Source: a bacterium
Lineage (GTDB): Bacteria; Patescibacteriota; Andersenbacteria; UBA10190
Direction of reading: 5' to 3'
Length of the DNA stretch: 64,000 bases
NCBI GenBank assembly: GCA_002686445.1
Contig: NZCO01000007.1
Coordinates: 5,483 to 69,482, forward strand
Position 1 is the first letter of the stretch. Every line of letters begins with the position of its first letter. The notes beneath the pieces were generated by a model, which worked only from the letters and a program-made list of their open reading frames with translations, made no database searches and was not told the DNA's origin. The position numbers and the translations under genes are program-made. Positions 9,204 to 18,631 of the stretch are shown here, in pieces.

Positions 9204-11170
9204 AGAGGTCGATCGGCGTTTTTATCGTCCTGGCGATCACGCTCGTAGCCCTGGTCGTTCGGTTGCCGGGGTTGGGAACGTTTATGACTGTCGACGAAGA
9301 ATCCTGGATGCTACGCAGCGGTGAGTTTTGGCACAAACTCGTACAACAAGGTGATCCAGGAGGGACGTTCTTGACTACGCATCCCGGAGCCACCACTATG
9401 TGGTTGGCGGGTGCGGGAATCGCGGCGCAGGAAGCGCGCCTAGGTTTTAACATCGATACGTCGAACTTACGACACTTCCGACTAGCGGCGACCTTGCCCA
9501 TTGCGATTGCCACCTCGCTGCTTATCGGGCTGATAACGCTGTGGCTCGTTCCTGTTATAGGTAAGCCGCAGGCGATAGGAGGCGGCGTGGTGCTGGCTAC
9601 AGCTCCCTTTTTGACGGGTCTGAGTCAAATTGTGCACCTTGATGCCTTGTTGGCTTTGTGTATGGTCGGCAGTCTGGTCTGTTGGTTAGGCTTTATGCAT
9701 GATGGACGATGGTCTCGCGCTATCGGCGCTAGCGTTTTAGCAGGCCTGGCGCTGGTTACGAAGTTCATAGTAGCGAGCTGGCTTGTTCCCGTGCTGGGAC
9801 TCATCGCGCTATGGCACGTACGTCGGGACCTTGCATCATTCTGGCCCTGGTTGGTTCGTGTGGTTGGTTTGGCGCTGGGCATCACGGTGTTGACTGCCTT
9901 CATAGCCTGGCCGGCACTATGGGAAAAAACTGACCTGACTGCATCGTTTGAACGAGACATCGCAAACGTGGTCACGCAGGAGCACACTGCATTAGAAATC
10001 AGTCGTGACCCGATTGCCCCAGCTAGTTTCTACCTGCGTACCGTGGCCGGGCGGGTACCGATCCACACGTTATTACTACTGGCCGCTGCAGTTGTTGTGT
10101 CAGTTCGAGCTTTGCGACAGCGCCAGGGAAAGAGCGCGCCACTTGTCTGGTTCCTGATATATGCAATTGGTTTCTTAGTCCTTCTCACATTTGCAGCAAA
10201 GAAGGCTGACCGCTATGCGCTGCCGGCGCTGGCTGCCTTCTCGGTGCTCGCCGGTTGGCTTGGGACCGCGGGCTGGTTACATCTTGCAGCCCGCTTTGGT
10301 TGGACAGCTCGCTGGCGCAGTATCAGCGCCGGAATACTCGTTCTCCTACTGGTGGCCGTCCCGCTGCTCATCTCTCCGCATGCCAGCGCCTATATGACAC
10401 CATTCGGGCGATCCGTACTGCCACTGCCGCAGCAAGGCTGGGGACAGGGTCTGGAACAGGCAGCTACTTGGCTCAATACGCACCCGCTGGCTGATCAAGT
10501 ACGCGTCGCGTCCTGGTATCCGTCAGTCATGCGTGCCTACTTTAACGGGGAAACGTTTAGCTTAAGCTCTCGCCATGATGATCGCGTTAGCTATATCGTT
10601 ACCTACCGCAACATGGAGGGTAGGGAGCAAGACGACATAGCCAGCAACGTATTGGACGAACTGGTAGAGCGCCTACCAGTGCATGTGGTGAACGTGAATA
10701 ACGTTCCCTACGCCTGGATTTATAAAACAGACAGTCTGGTACTGTATGACCGAAACATTGGAGAGCTGACTAATGACGTACTAGTAGGGCAAACGTTCAC
10801 ATCGCCAACAGCCTCACTGAGTGCAATCGATATAGGCTTTGCTACTTTTAGCAGCAGGGCTAATACACAGGACGTGATCGTAACTTTGTACAATGGTATT
10901 GGCGGAGAGACGCTGCGAACAGTGGTAACTTCGGCAACCGATATTGAGGATCGTTCTTGGCACCGCTTTAGCTTCGAGCCACTTACTGTGGAGGCGAGTA
11001 GGGAGCTATATATCACCGTGACTAGCCCGACGTCCACGCCGGGTGATGCGGTGACGGTATTGTATGCCAATGCGGATATTGCTTCAGGTTCGATGCAGCA
11101 GCAGCGTGCTGCAACGAGTGAACTAAAGACATCACTAGGCGCTGATATTGCCTACCGGCTGTACCCGTAA
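9200..11170 (+). CDS. ArnT/PMT-like GT-C glycosyltransferase, tandem paralog of 7179-9203
   Basis: Same motifs in same order (TVDEESW, HPGATTMWL, KKADRYALP, GWGQGLEQAATWL); ATGA overlap with upstream gene. Confidence 0.85.
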   Translation: MKRSIGVFIVLAITLVALVVRLPGLGTFMTVDEESWMLRSGEFWHKLVQQGDPGGTFLTTHPGATTMWLAGAGIAAQEARLGFNIDTSNLRHFRLAATLPIAIATSLLIGLITLWLVPVIGKPQAIGGGVVLATAPFLTGLSQIVHLDALLALCMVGSLVCWLGFMHDGRWSRAIGASVLAGLALVTKFIVASWLVPVLGLIALWHVRRDLASFWPWLVRVVGLALGITVLTAFIAWPALWEKTDLTASFERDIANVVTQEHTALEISRDPIAPASFYLRTVAGRVPIHTLLLLAAAVVVSVRALRQRQGKSAPLVWFLIYAIGFLVLLTFAAKKADRYALPALAAFSVLAGWLGTAGWLHLAARFGWTARWRSISAGILVLLLVAVPLLISPHASAYMTPFGRSVLPLPQQGWGQGLEQAATWLNTHPLADQVRVASWYPSVMRAYFNGETFSLSSRHDDRVSYIVTYRNMEGREQDDIASNVLDELVERLPVHVVNVNNVPYAWIYKTDSLVLYDRNIGELTNDVLVGQTFTSPTASLSAIDIGFATFSSRANTQDVIVTLYNGIGGETLRTVVTSATDIEDRSWHRFSFEPLTVEASRELYITVTSPTSTPGDAVTVLYANADIASGSMQQQRAATSELKTSLGADIAYRLYP

Positions 11171-11189
11171 ACTTTCCACAATAAAACCA

Positions 11190-11217
11190 TTGCGGCCAAT
11201 AATTGGCCTGGTAAACT
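11190..11217 (+). promoter_or_regulatory. Putative promoter with palindromic operator-like spacer
   Basis: TTGCGG (11190-11195), 16 nt, TGn-TAAACT (11212-11217); GGCCAAT-A-ATTGGCC at 11194-11208. Confidence 0.45.
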
Positions 11218-11281
11218 GCTAAACGGCCTTGAAGCAGGGTGCACATTTCACTTGGACATTCGTCCATAAGGAGAAGAGGCA

Positions 11282-12289
11282 ATGGATGTGACGCAGCTTT
11301 TAGAGCGACCGAGTCGTAGTACTTCCAGGGTGACCAGGAATCGTTGGTCTAGTCGGAGGCATACAGCGAAGGATCGCCGTCCGACGACGATTGGGTTTGG
11401 CGACATGCAGTTTGCCACCGTGCAAGGTGCCGTCGACGCGTTTGAGTATCCGCTGGTAGGGATCGCCCACCAGGACATCAGCGTGCCGAAGGCAAGCGCG
11501 ATGGCCACGCTGCGCGAAGCACTGCTGCAACGCTACACGGGACCAGAGTGTTGGCGTGGACTGTGGTGGTTAACGTGTCGTAACCAGCCCGCTTTGTTCG
11601 ACCAGTACACGGTGGTTACTATGCCCAAGCCAAGCAACGCGATCGTGGCTGGCAATCATGTGTTCCAGATGGAGTGGAACGCAACTGGAGTTGACGCTCG
11701 CGACATGCACAGTCTGCGTCCTGACCAGCGTGGTCAGGTGCATGGTGCTATCAATGATGGGAAGCTTCGTTTTCCGGTCAATGAGTTCGACCATGTCCTC
11801 ATGCGACCCGTCTTTGCCGAAAATAACGGTCGGCTGGGCGCGTTAATGAGTGTGGCTGCCGTGCAGCGCGAAGCGCAGCGAATGGAAAGCGCGTTGCACA
11901 ACTTCTGTTACTACCAAGGACCGTTTATCAGGATGGCCCGAGGTACTCGTTCCGCCTGGTCGTACTCGCGCAACTTAGTGGGTCGTCTGGGAGTGGAGTC
12001 GTTGGAAGCCGCCGAGTTTATTGGCATGACAGTTTCTGACATTAGCGAAGCACGTATTCAGAGACGCATGCGCATGTTGGCTCGCATGATGGACCCACGG
12101 GAATATCTCTGGGACCCAATCTGGGCCGTGAGCATCCCGCAGTGGCGACCAGCACAAGGTGGCAGGCGCTGTCCCCTTGTCTACGGCCGCCGCCGGATCG
12201 ACTACTTGTGCCGAGTCGTGCACTGGATAGACGACTGGTTCAACGTCGCGACCATCCGCACCGCAGACGAACTGGCGGGCGTCGCCTAA
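11282..12289 (+). CDS. Hypothetical soluble protein (335 aa)
   Basis: Long ORF with AAGGAG/GAGG SD upstream and a terminator downstream; no family recognised. Confidence 0.75.
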   Translation: MDVTQLLERPSRSTSRVTRNRWSSRRHTAKDRRPTTIGFGDMQFATVQGAVDAFEYPLVGIAHQDISVPKASAMATLREALLQRYTGPECWRGLWWLTCRNQPALFDQYTVVTMPKPSNAIVAGNHVFQMEWNATGVDARDMHSLRPDQRGQVHGAINDGKLRFPVNEFDHVLMRPVFAENNGRLGALMSVAAVQREAQRMESALHNFCYYQGPFIRMARGTRSAWSYSRNLVGRLGVESLEAAEFIGMTVSDISEARIQRRMRMLARMMDPREYLWDPIWAVSIPQWRPAQGGRRCPLVYGRRRIDYLCRVVHWIDDWFNVATIRTADELAGVA

Positions 12290-12295
12290 GCTCTT

Positions 12296-12332
12296 GCCCC
12301 CGTATCTCTACCGAGAAACGGGGTCTTTTTTT
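12296..12332 (+). terminator. Intrinsic terminator
   Basis: CCCCGT-A-TCTC-tacc-GAGA-A-ACGGGG followed by T7. Confidence 0.75.
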
Positions 12333-12341
12333 GCCACGTAG

Positions 12342-12368
12342 ACGGCTCGACCAACGACTGAGCCGTTT
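12342..12368 (+). repeat. ACGGCTC...GAGCCGT hairpin, copy 1
   Basis: ACGGCTCGACCAACGACTGAGCCGTTT; same stem as 23670-23700 and 58818-58845. Confidence 0.6.
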
Positions 12369-12386
12369 ATCGGCTATACTGACCGG

Positions 12387-13823
12387 GTGAAGCTGCAAGA
12401 GCTGCTTAAAGGCAAGAGTGTATTTCTGATAATGTTTATCGCGTTTCTTGTCGCGAATGGCGCGTACTTACATCGCGTGCCGGGCTTAATGGGAGACGAA
12501 GCATCGGAAGGTGAAAATGTGTTTGAGTTACTACAGAGCGAGACGATTACCCTAACCGGCGAGCGTTCATACATTGGCCCGGCCCCAGACTACCTGCGCG
12601 TACCCTTTATCGCGGCCTTTGGGTACTCAGCCCTTGCACTACGAATACCACTGTATCTAGCTAGCATAGCCACGTTTTTACTAACATGGAGTATTTTTCG
12701 GCGCCTATTATCCAAAGAAACGGCGCTGCTGGTTCTCGCAGTGGCCTTCTTCTCGCCCACCTACTTAAGCTACCAGCGACTAGGGTGGGCTATTACCCTC
12801 TTTCCCTTATTTGCTGTACTGATTATCTGGTTACTGATGAGCCACTGGCGGCACCGTGCCGTACTAGCGGGATTCGTCGCCGGTATCGGATTACACACAC
12901 ATATTATGTTCCTGCCGACGCTCGCGGCCATCGCGGCAGTCTGGGTTGTCGTTGAACTGGTGCGCTCCGGCGCGATTCGTGAACGTACAAAGCGGGTCTT
13001 AGCTTGGTGGCCAGCCATTATCGGTTTTTGGGCCGCCTTTGCTACCCAGTTCGTGATCCTGCTGCAATTTACTGATGACCAAGGTGATCCGGGCGCCGTG
13101 GGGGAGCTGATCAGCGATCGCTTTAAGGACTTGCCGGACATCTTACCACTTGTCATCTCAGGCTCATCGTACGTGGCGCGCTACACTGGCCTCGAATTCG
13201 CCCCGGGTATTTTGCTCACCGTGACTGGTATCGTTCTGGCCCTGAGTGTATTGGGGCTCGTTCTGGGTAAACACAGAAAAATCGCGTGGCTCTGGTTGTT
13301 GGGAATAGCTATGCACTTGGTAGTGCTGATGTACATGATAGACCGGTTTACCCTCCGCTATTTCGTGATCTTCGTGCTCGGACTGTGGTTGCTGGCTGCC
13401 ATTGGGCTGGGGGTTGCAATGGCCAAGCTACCAGATCGCTGGCGTCAGTTTACGCCGCTGGTCGTGGCGCTCGCACTCCTGCTGTGGTCAGCGGCAGCAA
13501 TGCTTGCGCCGTTTTTGCGCACTGGCGGCAGTGTGGCTGATTTCTCACTCGGCAATCGCACGAATAGTGCGGCTGCGCTCGTTGACACCAGGCCGCTGGT
13601 GACGTGTCTACGAGGGGCTGGTTCAGTTACCAGTGAAGGCGTTCATATCTTCAATCGACTGCAATACTTCAGTCACCAGTACAGCAACCTTGAAGTCTTA
13701 CCAGAAACCCAAAAAAATACCGCAGACTTTCTCGTGCACTATCGGCAGGAAGGTAGCCCCGAGGTTTCTGCGAAGCAGGAGTTGTGCCCCGACCTCAACC
13801 ACTTTATTGTCGAGCGCAGATAA
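12387..13823 (+). CDS. ArnT/PMT-like GT-C glycosyltransferase
   Basis: 'GLMGDEA' loop after TM1, 'YIGP', 'ALRIP', multiple TM segments, 'RY' motif, short soluble C-terminus. Confidence 0.8.
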   Translation: MKLQELLKGKSVFLIMFIAFLVANGAYLHRVPGLMGDEASEGENVFELLQSETITLTGERSYIGPAPDYLRVPFIAAFGYSALALRIPLYLASIATFLLTWSIFRRLLSKETALLVLAVAFFSPTYLSYQRLGWAITLFPLFAVLIIWLLMSHWRHRAVLAGFVAGIGLHTHIMFLPTLAAIAAVWVVVELVRSGAIRERTKRVLAWWPAIIGFWAAFATQFVILLQFTDDQGDPGAVGELISDRFKDLPDILPLVISGSSYVARYTGLEFAPGILLTVTGIVLALSVLGLVLGKHRKIAWLWLLGIAMHLVVLMYMIDRFTLRYFVIFVLGLWLLAAIGLGVAMAKLPDRWRQFTPLVVALALLLWSAAAMLAPFLRTGGSVADFSLGNRTNSAAALVDTRPLVTCLRGAGSVTSEGVHIFNRLQYFSHQYSNLEVLPETQKNTADFLVHYRQEGSPEVSAKQELCPDLNHFIVERR

Positions 13824-13827
13824 CTAA

Positions 13828-15678
13828 CTACTTCCCGAGGTTGCTAATTCGCGGGTAGATCAGGAGTCCCACCGCCAGCAGGAGGGCTAAGAGGGTGACC
13901 ATCTGCCCAAAGACAAAGCCGGGAGGCGCATAGGTAAAAGTGAGCGTGTGTGATCCGGCTGGGATGGTGATGGCCAGTTGATTTTTTATCTCGATAGCGG
14001 GATTCCCGTTTACTTCCCAGCCTCGAGCGTAATTCGCGTTTACCATAACGTCAGTCGACTCAACGGAGGCGACTTGTGCCACAATCTTATCTGGCTCCCA
14101 GCGCAGCAACGTGGCGGTGCCATCCGGCGACCGTGTGCGCACCAGAGCTTGTGGTTCCTCGGTCTGTTCGACAGTCGCGACGGATGGAGGTGCTCCCAAA
14201 ACCGTGCAGTATGCTTGTGTGCCGTAGTTGGCCAGAGTCGCTGCGTAGGCGCGGCTGTGGTCTACGCCATCCTCATCACGAATTTCGTATCGGGCAAAGG
14301 TGTGTTGCAGTGGTTCTTGCGCAGTAGTAGCACTGACCGTAGGCAGAACGGTAAACGCCTGTTCTGAAAGGGGCTGCGTCAGGCTGCCCAGGTCAGTAGC
14401 CACAACACCTAGGGCGATAACGGCGACGATGCTCGGGATCACTACGTTGAGCTTATACTTTGGTGAAATGACGCTAGCTAGTAGTTGGCGCAGCCTGTCT
14501 AAGCCAATACCGGCTAACAGCGCTAGTGGTAACACCGTGAACAACACTAGGCGAGACACGTTTGAACGGGGTAAGAAAGATGCCTGGTCGAAGAGCGGCT
14601 TTAAGAGCGGGCCCGATGAGGAAATAGCGATTGCGATCAGACCAGCCACGAGCAGCAGTTTGATTACACGTGACCGCTTTATTCGGGTGAGCGCTAAGGC
14701 CGCGAGCGCTAGTACAAGTGGCCCCACATACGCGCCGTACTCGTGCCAGCCACTTCCCTGATTGGGAATGACCTCACTGCCGTGCAAATACCGACCGAGG
14801 AATATTTCTGGCAGGGATGTGAGAGTGGACGCTGAGCTGGCGTAGGACTGGTCCTGAAATTGCGTTAGCCACAGCAGTACGGGAACAAGCTTGAGCGCCG
14901 CTAAGCTTAGGCCCCACACGCCGGCCGTCACCGTTACACGCAGTGCGTCCACTCGTCGCCGTACCACAGCCAGGAGGAAGATAAACGCTCCAGCCGTATA
15001 CATAAGCAAATAAATGCCACCTTGTAGGAACGTTGCGGCTAAGAGCACACCAGTTAGTAAAGACCAAAGCCGTGAGTGCCGTCTATTACCGTTACTGCTT
15101 TGATACGCAGCCAGCCAGCTCCAGAAAATCCACGGGATGTACATGACCGCGAATACATTGGGGTGGCCCTCCACCAGCTCGAGAATAGTGACGCTGCCGA
15201 AGCTAAAGGCGAGAGCGGCGAGTAATCCAGCTAGTGCCGATAACTTGAGCCGATGCGCGAGCGCCAGCATGCCTAAGGCCCCGATGGCCGTGGTCACCAT
15301 TGCGGCCAACCGCAGCCCAAACGGTACGCCGTAGAGGAGCTCAAGTAAGAACGTCGGTGTGAAGAACGGAAACTCGGGGTCGCCGACGGCGGTGGTGCCA
15401 CCACAGATGTATGGGTTCCAGGTGGGGACGGTGCCGTACGTTAGCGTCAGGTCACGTACGACCTCGTGGTAGGAGAAGTAATAATCCCAGTCGGAAATTC
15501 CCCACTGCCCGTTCGGTAAAAAACCGACCAACATGATGGGAGTAACAATAATGAGAAGTAGGCCGGCCACTACCCAGCGGTAGCGAGGCAATAGTGCTAC
15601 GAGCAGAGCGCCTAAGGCGACTACGACGCCAACAGTTAGTGCGAGCGGAGTTAGTAAGTCGATCCAGGGTGAAACCAT
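13828..15678 (-). CDS. YfhO-like GT-C membrane protein
   Basis: 'SDWD', 'PTWNPYICGG', 'LKLVP', 'WHEYGAYVG', C-terminal 'NYARGW...IPAGSHTLTFTY'. Confidence 0.8.
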   Translation of the reverse strand: MVSPWIDLLTPLALTVGVVVALGALLVALLPRYRWVVAGLLLIIVTPIMLVGFLPNGQWGISDWDYYFSYHEVVRDLTLTYGTVPTWNPYICGGTTAVGDPEFPFFTPTFLLELLYGVPFGLRLAAMVTTAIGALGMLALAHRLKLSALAGLLAALAFSFGSVTILELVEGHPNVFAVMYIPWIFWSWLAAYQSSNGNRRHSRLWSLLTGVLLAATFLQGGIYLLMYTAGAFIFLLAVVRRRVDALRVTVTAGVWGLSLAALKLVPVLLWLTQFQDQSYASSASTLTSLPEIFLGRYLHGSEVIPNQGSGWHEYGAYVGPLVLALAALALTRIKRSRVIKLLLVAGLIAIAISSSGPLLKPLFDQASFLPRSNVSRLVLFTVLPLALLAGIGLDRLRQLLASVISPKYKLNVVIPSIVAVIALGVVATDLGSLTQPLSEQAFTVLPTVSATTAQEPLQHTFARYEIRDEDGVDHSRAYAATLANYGTQAYCTVLGAPPSVATVEQTEEPQALVRTRSPDGTATLLRWEPDKIVAQVASVESTDVMVNANYARGWEVNGNPAIEIKNQLAITIPAGSHTLTFTYAPPGFVFGQMVTLLALLLAVGLLIYPRISNLGK

Positions 15679-15716
15679 AGGAACAGTATCGCACTAGGCT
15701 GATCGCCAATCAACAA

Positions 15717-18530
15717 CTAGCCCTTACGCTTTATTTTCCGAACCAGATGGTAGGGAAGCTGTAGCAAGAGGAGCAACACCAATCCCGCCAGCGTGGCTCG
15801 GGTAGCTTTTGTAATAGCAGGGGAGTCATAAAGCCACCGCACTTCGTGTTGCCCGCCTGGCACGAAGACGGTCTTAAAGAGCGTATTGGCCAGGTAATAA
15901 GGTTGCGGCTCTCCATCGACCGTTATTTGCCACTGTGGGGCGTTGGTATCGCTTACGACCAACCAACCCGGCTGCGTACTATCGACTGACACAACTACCT
16001 CAGTATCGGTATATTTCACCACTGTTACCTTCGACCTGCCGCGTTGGCTGGTGAGCTGTTGATCTGGCGGTGGGACGGGCCCAGAAACGTATATAGTTCC
16101 ATCTAATTTGAATTGTGGGTCAGACAGTGCGGCTCGGATATCGTCCGCCGCCGCAACATAAATGGCATTGGCGACGAGGAACGCCTTGGGGTAGACAGCT
16201 GGGTTCGTATACAGCCGATAGGCAGTTGTGTGTGCCACCGCTTCAGCCTCGAGATTGAACTTGCTGGCAGTCATGGTATCAGTAGCCCCCTGTGGAATGA
16301 GCTGTGCCAGATGGGTGACTCCTGAAAAATTAAATAGCTCTCGGTGCTTAGCCAGCACGTGCAGGTCATCGCCATCGACGGGTTCGCGGTCGTTGGCAAA
16401 GAAAAACTCTATGAATTCCCTATACGGCTTGGTGGTTAGCGCGCCAATCCAACGAGCACTGCTCGCGCCGGCCGCCACGTGAAGGTGACGCGCCATAAGG
16501 TAGGACTCTTCATCGGAAAATGGCTGGTCGTAGACCAGTACGTCTAGTCGGAGCTCTTTTTGCGAAGCCAGTACTTGCTCGCTGGTTGGTTCTGGAGCTC
16601 TGACCAAATACATTGATGCTTCTCCTGGCGTACTTTGAACCGATAAGGTCAAACCGCTGGGCTCTCCGCTAGTAATGGACAAGAAGTACGGTTCGTCTCG
16701 AGGGGCGACGTCACTAAAACAGACTGGCGGATGTTCGCCTTGCCGTACTTCATCCGTCCTGACACTCATCGTACTTAGCGGGGCTACGACAAGTGACTCA
16801 TGAAGCCCCACTACTACTTCGCCTCGAGTATCCTCCAGGCGACTTAGTGGCAAGCCGTAGCACGGATTGGTGACAAAGACTGGCACTGGTTGCCACACTT
16901 GTAGGTCGGGGCCCACCGCACGGGTGGCGACCAAGTCCCGAGTGTTGCGACTAGAGAGCAACAGTGGCCGAGAATACAGCCGGGCGGGGATATCAGCCTT
17001 AGGCCCAACGACGCTGTCTGCTAGGGGCGAGCGTACGACAAGTCCCGCGCGGTCAGTCAGCGGATTGTAGTCCCAGGCGAACGTAAGCAGCGTCAAGGCG
17101 GTAAAGACCGTCAGTATAAGCTCGCGAGGCAGCTGCTTTTTGATGATGATGCTAGCGGTGAAGGCACTAGCCCCCGCCACGAACATGATGAGGCTTAGGT
17201 GCCCCATTGTCAGATAGTAATGCGCTTGGTTCAGCCAGCGTGGCATCGAGTAAAAAGTGGCGGCGAAGGTGGCAAGGAAGAGTACGGGTAAGCCGATTGC
17301 TAATAGCAGCCTTGGCCAGTGTTTTTTTATGCTAGTTATGTGGACCAAGTCATCGAGACCGGCAATAGCTAGGAAGACGAGCCCGGTGACTGTGAAAAAG
17401 ACAAAGCGACCCGGGATAGTGAGCGACGTGATAATGTCGTTCTCAACCAAGTAGGTATACAGCGGGCTGTGTTTCCCGAGCGCAATGATTATGCCGATCA
17501 CCAGTAACAGCACGCCAGTCACGCGCAGGGCCAGGCGTTTACGCCAGTTGCCTAAAGCATATCCTGCTAGTAGCAGTGGGATGATACCGGTGAATGCAGC
17601 TAGCTCCTGAAACCCTTTGGCTCCCCAGTAATTATCGTGGTCACCGAAGAAATACGGCGCGATCAGTGTAATTGCATGGCTGGGTGGATAGCTGAACTCA
17701 TACAGCACCGTGCGCGGTAATCCATCCGCACGCTCTGTCAGCGGGAGGAACTCGAGGAGTGGAAAAATGGCGAATGAGGATAAGAGTAGCGTGAGTATTG
17801 CGGCTAGTACGAGCATGGCCACGGTCTTTATCACCCAGCGGTAATTCGCCAGGCGAGAGGCACCGCCTGACAGCAGTGACGCCACGCCGTAGATTGCAGC
17901 CACGGCCACACTGTAAGCGCCGACTTGTGGTTGACCGGAGAGTATCATCACCGCTATGGCCACAGCGATGAGGCCGGTGCGCTTCAGGGTCGGTTTTTGT
18001 AGGAAGTAGTGGACCGCGACCAGTAGCCACGGTAGTACCATGGTTGAGGTATAGAAATTGACGTGGTTTAAGTGCCCAATGTTAAAACCTGAGAATGCAT
18101 ACACTACAGCACCAAATGAAGCGATGACTGGCGTGAGTTGTTGCCGGCGCAAGAATACGTAGAGGCCTACGAGTCCAAACAAAAAATAGCTGACGACTGA
18201 TACCTGCAGTAGGTTGAGAGGATCAAGCACCAGGCGCAGTACGACATGCAGTGGGGTGAAGAAACCGAGCTGCCCCCACGCGATCAGCGGTTGCCCAAAT
18301 CCGAACAGGTTGCTCCAAACAGGCAGCTGCATCGCAGCCTGTGCCTGAGCGTATACAATCTCCATTGGGTAGTAGATGATTTTGAGGTCATCAAGCCAGT
18401 AGACGGAGTGGCCGAAAATGATGCGCGAAAAGAAAGTGACCCAGGTCGCGCCGATAATAATCAGTCCTAAGTATTCGGTCTTGGTTTGGCTCGCTATACG
18501 AATGCCAAGTTTGCGGAAATCGGGTTTCAT
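15717..18530 (-). CDS. YfhO-family GT-C membrane protein with large extracytoplasmic domain
   Basis: 'LDDLK..YYP', 'LPVWSNLFGFGQP', 'PGRF', C-terminal 'PQWQITVDG...VPGGQHEVRWLY'. Start probably ATG 18530. Confidence 0.85.
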   Translation of the reverse strand: MKPDFRKLGIRIASQTKTEYLGLIIIGATWVTFFSRIIFGHSVYWLDDLKIIYYPMEIVYAQAQAAMQLPVWSNLFGFGQPLIAWGQLGFFTPLHVVLRLVLDPLNLLQVSVVSYFLFGLVGLYVFLRRQQLTPVIASFGAVVYAFSGFNIGHLNHVNFYTSTMVLPWLLVAVHYFLQKPTLKRTGLIAVAIAVMILSGQPQVGAYSVAVAAIYGVASLLSGGASRLANYRWVIKTVAMLVLAAILTLLLSSFAIFPLLEFLPLTERADGLPRTVLYEFSYPPSHAITLIAPYFFGDHDNYWGAKGFQELAAFTGIIPLLLAGYALGNWRKRLALRVTGVLLLVIGIIIALGKHSPLYTYLVENDIITSLTIPGRFVFFTVTGLVFLAIAGLDDLVHITSIKKHWPRLLLAIGLPVLFLATFAATFYSMPRWLNQAHYYLTMGHLSLIMFVAGASAFTASIIIKKQLPRELILTVFTALTLLTFAWDYNPLTDRAGLVVRSPLADSVVGPKADIPARLYSRPLLLSSRNTRDLVATRAVGPDLQVWQPVPVFVTNPCYGLPLSRLEDTRGEVVVGLHESLVVAPLSTMSVRTDEVRQGEHPPVCFSDVAPRDEPYFLSITSGEPSGLTLSVQSTPGEASMYLVRAPEPTSEQVLASQKELRLDVLVYDQPFSDEESYLMARHLHVAAGASSARWIGALTTKPYREFIEFFFANDREPVDGDDLHVLAKHRELFNFSGVTHLAQLIPQGATDTMTASKFNLEAEAVAHTTAYRLYTNPAVYPKAFLVANAIYVAAADDIRAALSDPQFKLDGTIYVSGPVPPPDQQLTSQRGRSKVTVVKYTDTEVVVSVDSTQPGWLVVSDTNAPQWQITVDGEPQPYYLANTLFKTVFVPGGQHEVRWLYDSPAITKATRATLAGLVLLLLLQLPYHLVRKIKRKG

Positions 18531-18631
18531 ACGGTGATTCTGGTATGGTAGCACCTATACCACAGGAGTAAGAACCTATAGTATAGGGGGCTTGGGTACC
18601 TCCCAGGCCTTATCTACGACATACTACCTAT

